Source: Octopus sinensis (Eukaryota). From it: DNA of 57,313 nt. Shown piece by piece: positions 10,948 to 24,379 of the stretch. The notes beneath the pieces were generated by a model, which did no database searches, had not been told where the DNA came from, and worked only from the letters and a program-made list of their open reading frames with translations. The DNA lies in contig NW_021833644.1 of the NCBI RefSeq assembly GCF_006345805.1, positions 1 to 57,313 of the forward strand, written 5' to 3'. How positions within the stretch are numbered: position 1 is the first letter of the stretch; each line of letters begins with the position of its first letter. The position numbers and the translations under genes were made by a program.

Positions 10948-12240
10948 CAAGGGACGTTCAATAAGTAATGCCTCTGACCCACTTGCAGTTGTTTGATCTA
11001 GCTGAAAATTTGCATGTGCAATTATTTATATCTCTATAGATTAAGTGACAAATTGCAGCTCTGAACTAATTGTGGTTTCTGATTCACAGGTGTTTGAACT
11101 GAGTCAAGTGTGAAATGGAGCCTGTTGAGTGTCGAGTAGTGATCCGGTTTTTGTATTTGAAAGGACGCACACCACGGGAGACTTTTGATGAAATGAAAGT
11201 AACTTATGGTGATGATGCCCCATCATATGACCTTGTAAAACGCTAGCATCGTGAATTCAAACATGGTCGGAACTCTGTGGAAACAGCTCCCAGATCTGGT
11301 CGCCCTCCTTCTGCCATTGATGAGGTATCTGTCCGTCAAGTTGAGGCTGCCATTTTGGAAGATCGACGCATAACTATTCGTCAAATAGACCATGAGGTCA
11401 AGATTAGTACCGGGTCTGTGGAAACTATCATTCATGACCATTTGCATATGCAAAAGGTGTCTGCCAGATGGATTCCCAGGTTGCTCACACCTTTACAGAA
11501 GCAAGAACATGTCGAGTGCTCGAGGATGAATTTGGAGATGTGCCAAGAAGATGGGTCAAAATTTTTCAAAAGACTGATTACACAGGATGAAACCTGGGTC
11601 CATCACTATGATCCAGAGACCAAAGCCCAGTCAATGCAGTGGAAGCACCGTGACTCACCTCCTCCAAAGAAGGCAAGGGTGCAGCCCTCTGCTGGCAAGG
11701 TCATGCTCACAGTCTTCTGGGACCAGGACGGAGTAGTGATGACAGATTTCCTGGCAAAGGGTACCACAATTACAAAAGCCTATTATGCTTCACTTTTGAG
11801 GAAATTAAGAGAAGCTATCAAAATAAAGAGGCAGGGCAAGATCAGCAAAGGCATCCTCCTCCTGCAGGACAACGCTCCGGTCCACAACTCGCGTGTCACC
11901 AGATCAGAAGCACAGGCGTGCGGCTATGAACTCCTCCCCCATCCCCCCTACTCTCCTGACCTTGCACCCTCTGATTTTCACCTCTTCCCAGCCATGAAGT
12001 TGTTTTTGAAAGGAAAGCGTTTCCCAGATGATGCAGCCTTGATTTCTGAAGTCACGTCGTGGTTGGAGGACCAAGCTGGGGTCTTCTACAAAAACGGTCT
12101 CCAGAGCTGCATCAAACGATGGGAGAAATGCGTAACTCTGGGTGGTTCCTATGTAGAAAAAGACTAATAACTGTGCCAAGTTTCGTTGCTCTACTGCAAT
12201 GGGAAAGGGGTCAGGAGCATTACTTATTGAACACCCCTCG
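10948..12240 (+). mobile_element. Full-length mariner transposon (1293 bp) with TA target duplication
   Basis: Left end TA|CAAGGGACGTTCAATAAGTAATGC and right end GCATTACTTATTGAACACCCCTCG|TA form terminal inverted repeats (TIRs). Confidence 0.95.
11115..12167 (+). pseudogene. Mariner DD34D transposase (350 codons) with a single premature TAG at 11244-11246
   Basis: MEPVECRVVIRFL start; WIPRLL, DETW, QDNA and YSPDLAPSDF motifs; 34 residues between the 2nd and 3rd Asp. WIPRLL suggests the irritans subfamily. Confidence 0.92.
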
Positions 12241-12438
12241 TACATATTATCATTCTATGTGTTTTGATCTTTTGGCTGCAGTGAAAGAAATCGATTCCAG
12301 GACTAATTCTTTGTAAGCCTAGTACTTGTTCTATTGGTCTCTTTTGCCGAAGTGCTAGGTTTCAACGACAGGAATGCACCAACGTCAGTCGTCAAGCAAT
12401 GGTGGTGGGGGAACAAACACCAACACGAAGACACACAC

Positions 12439-12439
<1 letters not shown>

Positions 12440-12491
<52 letters not shown>

Positions 12492-12757
12492 ACATATATA
12501 TATGTACATATATATATGTATATATAGATGCTATATATATGTACATATATAATGTATATGCATATATATATGTATAATATATGTATATGCTATATATATG
12601 TATATATTATATGTATATGCATTATATATATATATATATGTATATGCATATATATATGTATATATATATGAATATGCATATATATATATATATATATGTA
12701 TATGCATATATATATGTATATGTATATTATATATATATATATATGTATATGTATATG

Positions 12758-12788
<31 letters not shown>

Positions 12789-13295
12789 GTATATATATAT
12801 GTATATATATAATATGTATATATATATGTATATATATATATAATATATGTATATGTATATATATATATGTATATGTATAATATATATATGTATTATATAT
12901 ATATATATATATGTGTATATATATATATATATTGTATATATATATTATGTATGTATATATAATATATGTATATATATATATGTATATGTATATATATATT
13001 ATGTATATAATATGTATATGTATATATATATATGTATATATATAGTATATATATATATGTATATATGATATGTATATATATAAGTATATATATATGTATA
13101 TATATATATGTATATATGTATATGTATATATATATATGTATTGTATATATATAGTATGTATGTATATATATATATGTATATGTATATATATATGTATATG
13201 TATATATATGGTATATATGTATGTATATATGTATATGTATGGTTATATATATGTGATATAGGTATATATATATGTATATGTATATATATATACAT
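12440..13295. repeat. Compound (TA)/(TATG) microsatellite; similar tracts at 17350-17950, 20310-20730, 43120-43530 and 51065-51470
   Basis: Visible directly. Confidence 0.95.
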
Positions 13296-13980
13296 ACACA
13301 CACACAATGAGCTTTTTTCAGTTTGCATCTACAAAATCCACTGACAAAGCTTTGGTTGGCCTAGGGCTATAGTAGAAGACACTTGCCCAAGGTGTCATGC
13401 AGTGGGACTGAACCCAGAACCATGTGGTTAGGAAGCTAGCTTCATACCATGTGGCCACTCTTGCGCCTGTATATATATATATATAGGTGCAGGTGTGGCT
13501 GTATAGTAAGAATTTTGGTTCTAAGCCACATGGTCCCGGGTTCAATCCTACTGCATGGCACCTTGAACAAGTCTTCTACTATAGCCCTAGGCCAACCAAA
13601 GCCTTGTCAGTGGATTTCGTAAACGGAAACTGACAGAAGCCCATCATATATATGTATATGTATATGTCAGCTTCCGTTTACGAAATCCACTGACAAGGCT
13701 TTGGTTGGCCTAGGGCTAGAGTAGAAGACTTGTTCAAGGTGCCATGCAGTAGGATTGAACCCGGGACCATGTGGCTTGGAATCAAAATTCTTACTATACA
13801 GGCGCAAAAGTGGCCACATGGTATGAATCTTGCTTCCTAACCACATGGTTCTGGGTTCAGTCCCACTGCATGACACCTTGGTCAAGTGTCTTCTACTATA
13901 GCCCTAGGCCAACCAAAGCTTTGTCAGTGGGTTTTGTAGATGCAAACTGAAAAAAAGCTCATTGTGTGTGTGTGTATGTA
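13291..13980. repeat. ~690-bp palindrome built from four SINE-A heads
   Basis: 13291-13473 pairs with 13795-13980; 13500-13635 pairs with 13665-13798. Confidence 0.9.
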
Positions 13981-14009
13981 TGATATGTATGTGTATATTA
14001 TATATATAT

Positions 14010-14042
<33 letters not shown>

Positions 14043-14612
14043 GTACAGGTATACATCAATATGTGTATATATATATATATATACAGGTATACATCAATAT
14101 GTGTTTATCCTTCTGTTTATCTTCCGTCACTACGGTGTTGGTTTGTTTAAGTCCCATATTGCCTTAGCAGTTCAGCAAAACAGACTGACAGAATAAATAC
14201 CACGGTAAAAAAAAAAAAAAAAAAAAGTCCCGGGGATGATTTCTTCGACGAAGCCCTGGAAGGCGGTGCTCCAGCATGGTCGCAGTCAAATGACGGAAAT
14301 ACTCCAGAGAATACAAAGCTCCTCCTATCTCAAAACACCCAACTTTTTTAGTAAACGATCGAAAATCCCTTTAAAATCTTCAAACGAAGCATTTTCCTGA
14401 AGGAAAAAAAAAAAAAATGGACACCAAGGGAGGTAACAAGAAAATTATTGCTAGAGTTATTTCCCTTGAAAATCCATCTCTTAAACTATCATTATATTTC
14501 GTTTTAGAGTTTTAAAATACCGTAATCCTTCGACTATATTTCTAACGGTCATTACATATTTTTCTTTTATTGGAGTAAATTTAACCAAAGTTTATTTATC
14601 AGAGTAAATATA

Positions 14613-14792
14613 GGCGCAGGAGTGGCTGTGTGGTAAGTAGCTTGCTAACCAACCACATGGTTCCGGGTTCAGTCCCACTGCGTGGCATCTTGGGCAAGTG
14701 TCTTCTGCTATAGCCCCGGGCCGACCAATGCCTTGTGAGTGGATTTGGTAGACGGAAACTGAAAGAAGCCCGTCGTATATATGTATATATAG

Positions 14793-14841
<49 letters not shown>

Positions 14842-15035
14842 TGTGTTTGTCCCCCTAGCATTGCTTGACAACCGATGCTGGTGTGTTTATGTCCCCGTTA
14901 CTTAGCGGTTCGGCAAAAGAGACCGACAGAATAAGTACTGGGCTTACAAAAGAATAAGTCCTGGGGTCGAGTTGCTCGATTAAAGTCGGTGCTCCAGCAT
15001 GGCCGCAGTCAAATGACTGAAACAAGTAAAAGAGT
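14613..15035 (+). mobile_element. SINE family A, full length
   Basis: Matches the other copies. Confidence 0.9.
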
Positions 15036-15316
15036 ATAGCCAGATTTACTCTAATAAAGGAAAAAAAAATATATTTAATGACCATCAATTCATACGTTGT
15101 CTTATATACCATTCTGCATAAAAACTAGTTTGTTTGGAGCCCATTCATGGATTTACAATATAGAATTGTAATGAACCATAACCCTGGACTCTATCACAAG
15201 ACTACTCGGAGTTCTTCACTGGTTTTGTTGGCCTGGGGTGCCAACAGAGAACTTGTGAATTATTTTGGCCAGATTGGTGATCCCTCACTATTAGCTCTGT
15301 CATACATATATATATA

Positions 15317-15374
<58 letters not shown>

Positions 15375-15380
<6 letters not shown>

Positions 15381-15745
15381 TAAAGCTGAAGTTGTGTGTG
15401 TGTGGCAGGTTTAGTAGCCTTCAACTAACACTATCTTCTCCGAGACCCTGTGGCACAAGTTGATCAAAATTGAGAGTATGATAGACGAAGGCTTGCTCTT
15501 CATTCCGTAGAAAATAAAATTCAAATCGGACCATGTTAACACCAAAAATTATTTACATCTAAAAAGTGCTTTTTTTTCTATGAAAATCCCTATTTTTTAT
15601 GGTTTTTTGACTGCTGTGTCGCCATTTTTCGGTGAATTTCAACCAGAAAAATGTTCACTTAAAGAGAATTACAAGCTACATAATACATTACTTTTCAAAA
15701 ATTCCAATTCTAAAGGGTTGAAACAAACCTGAGCAATATTGCTAG
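15375..15745 (+). mobile_element. Non-autonomous Helitron-like element (inverted copy at 22486-22912)
   Basis: Ends CTAG|T and is homologous to the 22486 copy, which keeps the GC hairpin before CTAG. Confidence 0.65.
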
Positions 15746-15757
15746 TATATATATATA

Positions 15758-16265
15758 CTAGCAGTATCGCCCGGCGTTGCTCGGGTTTGTAAGGGAAATA
15801 ACTATATAAGCATTTTTAGAGAGTTACTTCCCTTATAGATGCCAATTTGGGCTTTCTTAGCCATTTCTGTTTTGGTGTCTTCAAGCCATGAAGTCGTTGT
15901 TCTAAAAGAACGCTGGTCTCCTTGACAACGCTTTACGACGTTGATTTCCTTACACTCCCTTCCCCACAGCTTCATGAGGGAGGGAAGAAGGGGGAGAAGC
16001 AAACAGGTGCAGGTGTGACCATGGACGCCAACTCCGCCGCCATCGACACATGAAAAATTATGCATTAAAATGGAATAAAAAATGATGTTAAATTATTTTT
16101 AAAATCGTAGACTCATCGTAGATGCGCGCTAATAGCCAGATGGGCTCGATATGAATGACGACTATAAGATACCCGAATTTGGTTAAACTGCACCGCAAAA
16201 TGTGGGAGTAGTTAGGAATCTAAATCGAAGGGGACAGACACTCACACAACTACAGTTTTATATAT
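15758..16265 (-). mobile_element. Non-autonomous Helitron-like element
   Basis: 3' hairpin CCCGAGCAACGCCGGG followed by CTAG|T on the minus strand. Confidence 0.75.
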
Positions 16266-17450
16266 ATAGATATATATATACAGTAATGACTTTTTGCCAA
16301 TATAATGTGGCAGTCTCAGTTGATGTGGTGACTCCTGTTGTCCTCTTTCGCCACAACTTTCTCTCACTCTCTCTTCCAGTTTCTTGAGTAATGCTGTGAT
16401 GGACTGGCGTCCCGTCCAGCTGGGGGTAACACATACGCCACAGAAACTGGGAAACTGGGCCCATGAACCTGGCTAGGCTTGAAAAGGGCGAAAAGTAAAG
16501 TATATTCATATAAATTAAGGATACAATCATAAAAATGATTTTACCCGTGACCAGTATATATAGAAAACACCATAATGGTAAAATTAATATTTAGGTATCA
16601 TCATCATCATCATCGTCATCGTTGTTTAACGTCCGCTTTCCATGCTGGCATGGGGTGGACGGTTTGACTGGGGACTGGCAAACCAGAAGGCTGCACCAGG
16701 CTCCAAGTATATAATTACAAATACATAATTATAATTAAGGGCAGTGGGAGGACAACGCCAACACGCTAGAAATAGATGTCAAATGTCTACAAACCACTCT
16801 AGCATTGTCTCTCCAGCGCTCTTAATTAGGGTTCTTTATTTATAATTATATACTTATATAAATCACCAATCACCAATTTTTCAACCACCAACCCCTCACA
16901 AAAAAAAAAAAAAAATACAAATTCGTTTTTTTTTTTCTTTTTCTTTTTTTTTTTTTTGTTGGAAGAATTCACTTTAAGAAAAAGATTCTTGGTTTTGGTT
17001 AGCAGCAACTCAGGTCCACAACAACATGGAACAACAACCACAATGACGACAACAACAACAACAGCAACATCGAAATATCACCTACAAATACCACCATTAA
17101 TACGATAACTATACAGCTATTACTACTACTACTAATACTACTACTGATACAACGATAATAACAAGTATAACAACCAATGTAGTAGCTGGGTACTACTATT
17201 TTTTTTAGGAATCACAAATATTTACAGATCTTGACAACCCATCTTAAATATGTAGCAGTTACAATGTGAAACAACAGCAATACCAACATTACCACCAGCG
17301 AGAACAAATTGTTATGCGAAACCAATGTGTGTGGGGGGGAGAGAAACAGATATATATATATATATATATATATGTGTTTGTATGTGTATATATATATATA
17401 TATGTGTTTGTATGTATGTATATATATATATATGTATGTATATATATATG

Positions 17451-17482
<32 letters not shown>

Positions 17483-17746
17483 TATATGTATATATATACA
17501 TGTATGTATATATATATGTATATATATGTATGTTATATATATGTATATATATTATGTATATATATGTATGTATATATATATGTTATATATATATATATGT
17601 ATATATATATTATGTATGTATATATATATATATGTATATATATATATACATGTATGTATATAATATGTATATATATGTATGTATATATATATGTATATAT
17701 ATGTATGTATATATATATATATGTATGTATATATATATTATGTATG

Positions 17747-17777
<31 letters not shown>

Positions 17778-19543
17778 GGTATATTATATATATATGTATG
17801 TATATGTATGTATATATATGTATGTTATATATATGTATATGTATATATATATATGTATATGTATATATATATGTATGTATATATGTATATATGTGTATAT
17901 ATATATGTATATATATATATGTATATTTGTATATATTTGTATGTGTCTGTGTGATAGGTAGATAAACGATGTGAGACGTAGAGAGAGAGACATAGAGAGA
18001 GATAGACAGACAGACAATGAGAGAGAGAGATAGAGGGAGGGAGACGGACAAATTAAGAGAAAGACAGTGTGAGAGATAGACATAAAGAGAGAGAGACACA
18101 CACACATACACAGGGGCAGATAGACTGAGAGAGAGAGATAAATAGATAGTGAGACACAGAGAGTGAGGGAGCGGATAGAGATAGACAGAAAGATAGGTCG
18201 ATAGACGATAGATAGCTGGGAGAGAAGAGAGAGAGAGAGAGACAGATGGATACAGACGAAGACAGAGGACTTCAATATGGCTACTTGACCTACAAGAATT
18301 AGCAGCTAAATCTCTCTTCAAAATACAGTCTGCTCACTATCATAGAAAAAATAAACTACAACAGAAAAAAAACCAAAAAAAAAACCCCCACCCAAATTGC
18401 ATGATATGACGTGGTCCTAGATTTCCTATATGGGATGGTCATAGCTGGAACGCCTTTTGATCATAGTTAGGCCTACTTTGTCTTGACACACAACTGCACT
18501 TGTACAAGCAATAACAGTAACAACAACACTAACACAATCACCAGTAAATAACAGTTTTATATGAATAAAATGACCACAGTAACAACATCAACAATAATAA
18601 TAATTCTACCCACAAGAGACTTCCAGAAATTCTCAACTAGATACAATTGTGGCTGTTTGGTTAAGAACTTTGCTTCCCGATTTCATGTGGCACCACGGTC
18701 AAGTGCTTTGTTCTAAAGCCCCAGCCTGACCAATATCATGTGAGTGAATTTTGCTGACGAAAACAATGTATGTGTAAGTTGCATTGTGAAATTAATACTA
18801 CCACATGAAAAAAGTTACGAAACAGCTGTAGTCATATGGAAGTCATTTGCAGAAATAAGTCTGTTTTCACCTCAGACACTTCCTGACTTTATGCTATGCA
18901 CATATATGTTCTTCCATCCTTTTCAGTTATTTGATGGTGGTGGCCATGCTGGAGCACTTCTTTAGAGGGTTTTTAGTTGAAGAAAACGACCCCAGGACTT
19001 CTTTGTAAGCCTGGAAATTATTCTATCGGTTTCTTTTGCTAAACTACTATGTTACTGGGATGTAAACACACCAACATCACTTGTCGAGTGGTGGTGGCAG
19101 TAGTAGTAGTGATGGCGGGGACAAACACAGATGCAAAGACATAGATATATACACATATGTATATATACGACGGGCTTCTTTCAGTTTCCGTCTAACAAAT
19201 CCATTTGCAAGGCTCTGGTCGGCCCGAGGCTATAGTAGAAGACACTTCACCAGGGTGCCATGTAGTGGGACTGAACCTGGAACCATGTGATTGGTAAGCA
19301 AGCTTCTTACCACACAGCCATACCTGCACTTATACACACACACACACACACACCATATTTTAATGTGTATACGGAACCCTTTTTTGTCAACAATTAGGTT
19401 TAAAAAATATGGGAGTTTCTTATACATAGATAGTATAATAATCCCTTATGAAACTTTTTTAAGAAATTCTAAGCCCCCAAAATTAGGGTTTTCCTTATAC
19501 ACGCTAAAATATGGTAGATATATATATGTGTGTGTGTGTGGGT

Positions 19544-19828
19544 GGAGGCGCAATGGCCCAGTGTTAGGGCAGCGGACTTGCGGTCGTAGTATCACGGTTT
19601 TGATTCCCAGACCGGGCGTCGTGAGTGTTTATTGAGCAAAAACACTTAAAAGCTCCACGAGGCTCCGGCAGGGTGTGGTGATCCATGCTGTACTCTTTCA
19701 CCACAACCTTCTTCTGTTGGCCTGCTCGCTTAGCCAGCGGGGTGGTATCATTCGAAGGCTAAAACAATGCGAACACATTGTGACCAGCGATGTGTAACAA
19801 CATCTGGTGGTCTGGTTGGTCACGTGAT
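19544..19828 (+). mobile_element. tRNA-derived SINE family B (other copies 31455-31763 minus, 35120-35315 minus, 57230-57313 plus)
   Basis: GGAGGCGCAATGGCCCAGTG-TTAGG head with a B-box-like GATTCCC. Confidence 0.8.
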
Positions 19829-20033
19829 ATATATATGCATGTATGTATATACATACATATATATATTTGCACATAAATTGGCATGTGTGTGATATATGTG
19901 TGTGTATATATATATATGTATGTAATATACGTGTATATGCATAAGATATAATTATCCCTTAGACGGTTGCATAAGCTCAAACTCATAATTGATATATATG
20001 AACTCACAGGTATGGAACATATGCTTATATATA

Positions 20034-20081
<48 letters not shown>

Positions 20082-20687
20082 TGTGTGTGTGTGTGTGTAT
20101 GTATGTATATATATATGTATACATACATACACACACAGATATTCAACATACTCCTTACACTTTTTCCTTTACCAAATCCACTCACAAGGCATTGGTCTAC
20201 TTGAGGCCACAGTAGGAGACACTTGCCCAAGGTGCCACGCAGTGGGACTGAATCTGGAAACATGTAGTTGGGAAGCCAACTGCCTCCCAGCTAGAGGTGT
20301 ATGCCTACATAATATATATATATAAATATAAATAAATGTACAGATATATATATATATATATATATGTGTATATATATGTGTATATATATGTGTTATATAT
20401 ATATGTGTGTATATATATGTGTATATATATATATTATATATAAATGTACATACATATAGTATATATATATATATAAATGTACATACATATATGTATATAT
20501 ATATATATATATATAAATGTACATACATATATGTATATATATATAAATGTACATACATATATGTATATATATATATAAATGTACATACATATATGTATAT
20601 ATATATATATAAATATAAATAAATGTACAGATATATATATATATAAATGTATACATATATGTATATTTATATATATATATATAAATG

Positions 20688-20731
<44 letters not shown>

Positions 20732-21868
20732 AATTGAGGATATAATCATTAAAATGATTATATCTGTGGCTAGCTTAATATAGTGACTATACCAGTATCA
20801 TATCTTCATTATAACTTTGCAGTACCATGTGAAGCTAAATCAATATATTGAGTGAGGTAGCGAAGAATGGTGAAGTTTCGATTCTACCTTCTCCCATACA
20901 TATCAGTCCGTAACATACCGATATATACCATGTCATCCCATCCCATTCTTAGGTAAGTAGTGGTTTCATGGCATGTTATATAGTTATGCCTACAAACGAG
21001 GTATGAATGTCACAACAATGAACCACACATTCGCACACAGATGCACACACGCACGTGTACCAAGCGTTCTCCATGCAATTAAACATATTATATGTAGCAA
21101 TGTGAAGCCGTGCCAAGCAATTGTGAAAGTGAAAGTAGAAATTTTAAGAAAAAAAAAAAAGAAACAAAAACACACACCAGAAAACAACAATAAAAGACCA
21201 AAAAAGATTTTTAAATAAACTAACGAAGAAGAAAAAAAACAAAAAAAGTACAGTTGGGAACAATACAGATATATATATATATATATGTGTGTGTGTATAA
21301 ATATATAGACACACACATATATATGTGTGTGTCTATATATATATGTATACACACACACACATATATATATATAATACATATATATATGTTTCATGTTAAA
21401 TAAATGAAAAATATAATGGAAATGAGATAATTAGAAATTAACAGTGATTAATTAATTATTAATTAATTAATAGATAGACAATTTGCAACAAGGAAAAAAT
21501 AAGTATTTTGATTAAATAAATTTATTATTGTTATTATTATTATTATATCTTTTTGTTTTTGATTATTATTTTTTCAAATGTTGGATAAAGATTTAAAAAA
21601 AATATATATAACTGAACGATTAAATGTGAAAAAGGGGGAAGGAAGGAGAGAATAAATGAGAGAGAGAAAGAAATGAGACAGTGAAAGAAAGGCTATGAGA
21701 AAGACATATAAAGAAATAAGGGAAATAAAAACGTGTAGAGAAGAAACCAAGATAAGAAAATGGAAATGAAAACATTAAAAAGAAATATAACAACAAAAAT
21801 TGATCAAGAAAAGAATGAAAGAAAGCCTTAGTGCCACCACCAACACTGCCACCAAGACTGGATGTAAT

Positions 21869-21913
21869 CGATTTCTGATGAACAACTAATTAGAGTCGAA
21901 ACCGGTTGGGTTG
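21869..21913 (+). ncRNA. Minimal type I hammerhead motif
   Basis: CGAUUU-CUGAUGA-ACAACUAAUUAGAGUC-GAAA-CCGG-UU-GGGUUG; palindromic stem III; stem I formed largely by G-U pairs. Confidence 0.6.
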
Positions 21914-22485
21914 AGCCAGGGTGATGTTAGCAGCATTGCAAGTAACCCAAGCCCATCCACCCTGGGGCAGAGCAACACAATAGCAAACCCCTTTTGCATA
22001 AATGACCACAGCATATATATAGTACCACTGGGTCCCTAGAATCATGGGGCCAAGCCCCCACCTCCGTCATTCTGGGGTAACTATCAAGCGTTATGTTTTA
22101 AGATGTTGGATTAATACCTAGTTTTGTTTAAACCGTTATCATTTAAACCGGTCATACCAAGCTCAAATTTTCTACCTGTTATATATATTCAAACTGACCT
22201 CTGTCCTCTTACACTTACCCTACAATCCTACCACCGAAATCTAGAAACTATGAGATAATACATGATTTATTCAAAGGAACAGGAATAAATAAGCATGTCA
22301 GAGTGATGAGTGCAACACCATAATCACACACACACACACATATGAGTACACACTCATGGTTGCATTAATTTTGCATAAGCGCTACTGAGTACTATATGCA
22401 TTGATATGCAGCTTTGTTGCACTTGAAGAATACATCGACTATCAGTCTCTCTCTCAATATATACACACGCACACACATATATATA

Positions 22486-22908
22486 CTAGCAGTATAGCTC
22501 GGCGTTGCTCGGGTTTGTTTTTTAGTTGCGCTTAAAACGGCAGACTTTGATGTCACGTTAACAAAGTTCTGACATAGTTTCAATCTTTTTTGAAAAGTAA
22601 AAAATTTTGCATTATGTAGCTTGTTCTCTTTAGGTGAACATTTTTCTGGTTGAAATACACCGAAAAATGGCGACACAGCAGTAAAAAAATAGTAAAAAAT
22701 AGGGATTTTCATAGGAAAAAAAGCACCGTTTTGATGTAAATAATTTTTGGTCTAAACAAGGTCCAATTTGAATTTTTTCTTCTACGGAACGAAGAGCAAG
22801 CCTTCTTCTATCATACTCTCAATTTTGGTCAACTTGCACCGCAGGGTCTCGGAGGAGATAGTGTTAGTTGAAGGTTACCAAACCTGCCACACACACACAA
22901 CTTCAGCT

Positions 22909-22912
<4 letters not shown>
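22486..22912 (-). mobile_element. Non-autonomous Helitron-like element
   Basis: Hairpin plus CTAG terminus; homologous to 15375-15745. Confidence 0.7.
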
Positions 22913-22949
<37 letters not shown>

Positions 22950-23036
22950 AGTGTGTGTGTATGTATATATATATATATACACACATACACACACACTCAC
23001 ACACATATATATATATACACACATACAGTTCTATAT

Positions 23037-23400
23037 CTGAGAGGTGTACATTATTTACATTTGAAGGATATTTGTCCTCATCTTGTTTGTTCTTAACACA
23101 ACATTTTGGCTGATATACACTCTAGCCTTCATCAGGTGTCTTTCCTAAGGTATCTTTTGATGTTGTTATTATTATTATTATTCAGGTGACTGCCTGGAAT
23201 CGAACTTGGAATCTTGGGGTTTGTAGCCAGCGCTCTTAACCACTACGCCTTTTACTGTTTGTTCTAATAACATCGAAAAATACCTTAGGAATGAGAACCC
23301 AGGTTCGAAATTTCCCCAAGACACCTGATGAAGGCTGGAGGGTACATCAGCAACAAACAAGATGAGGACAAATATCCATCAAATGTAAATAATGTAAATA
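23037..23400. repeat. Inverted pair of Penelope-like repeat fragments with decayed hammerhead motifs
   Basis: 23045-23142 is the reverse complement of 23317-23396; the minus copy reads GACAC-CTGATGA-AGGCT...AGCC-AAAA-TG-TT-GTGTT. Confidence 0.7.
23183..23249 (-). mobile_element. tRNA-like Pol III head (short SINE or tRNA pseudogene) with (AAT)n tail
   Basis: GGCGTAGTGGTTAAG A box and GTTCGATTCC B box; no convincing acceptor stem. Confidence 0.6.
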
Positions 23401-23438
23401 ATAAAAGCACATATTTGCAAACAAACATGTATATCAGC

Positions 23439-23475
<37 letters not shown>

Positions 23476-23479
23476 CAGG

Positions 23480-24115
23480 GTCTGGAAGAGTAGAGACATC
23501 AGCCTTGCTACCAAATGCAGATTGGTGAATGCAATTGTCTTCCCAATAGCAACATATGGATGCGAGACCTGGAAAACTAAAGAAAGCTGACCAGAAGAGA
23601 ATTAATGCATTCGAGCTTTGGTGTTGGAGAAGACTTTTTCAGATTCCATGGACAGCGAGGCTCACCAAGCATAGACTGGCATATTTTGGTCATATTATGC
23701 GGAGAAAATCCCTGGAGAAGGACATCATGCTCGGAATGGTCAGTGGCAAGAGAGGAAGAGGCCGACCAAGAACCCGCTGGCTTGACACCATCAAGAGTGA
23801 TACCGGAATGGACATAGCCAATCTGACAGAAGCGGCCCAGGATAGAACTGACTGGAGGACACTGATCCATCAAGTAACCGAGAATCGACTTCGACTGAGC
23901 GGATAGATAGATACATATATATATATATATATTATATATATACGGAATGGTCAGTGGCAAGAGAGGAAGAGGCCGACCAAGAACCCGCTGGCTTGACACC
24001 ATCAAGAGTGATACCGGAATGGACATAGCCAATCTGACAGAAGTGGCCCAGGATAGAACTGACTGGAGGACACTGATCCATCGAGTGACCGAGAATCGAC
24101 TTCGACTGAGCGGAT
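23480..24115 (+). mobile_element. RTE/BovB-like LINE 3' fragment with a duplicated 3' end (23943-24115)
   Basis: RINAFELWCWRRLFQIPWTAR...YFGHIMRRKSLEKDIMLG...RGRPRTRWLD...RLRLS, typical of the BovB/RTE C-terminus. Confidence 0.9.
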
Positions 24116-24330
24116 ATATATATATATATATGTGGGTATATGTACCCACAATAACATGAGTGTGAAAGTTTTATCTATGAAAGTAGATTCCATTTGGGGT
24201 TTGATTTTTGTTTTTAGTTTTTGGTGGTGGCAGTGAGGGATGGTTGTAGGGCGGAATATGGAGAGGGAGGGGACAGAAAGACAAATGAAAGCAACACAAT
24301 AAATGAAACATATACGGACACACCGATATA

Positions 24331-24379
<49 letters not shown>

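Noticed and set aside
23183-23249. Functional tRNA gene
   Set aside because: No proper acceptor stem or oligo-T terminator; the (AAT)n tail indicates a retroposed copy.
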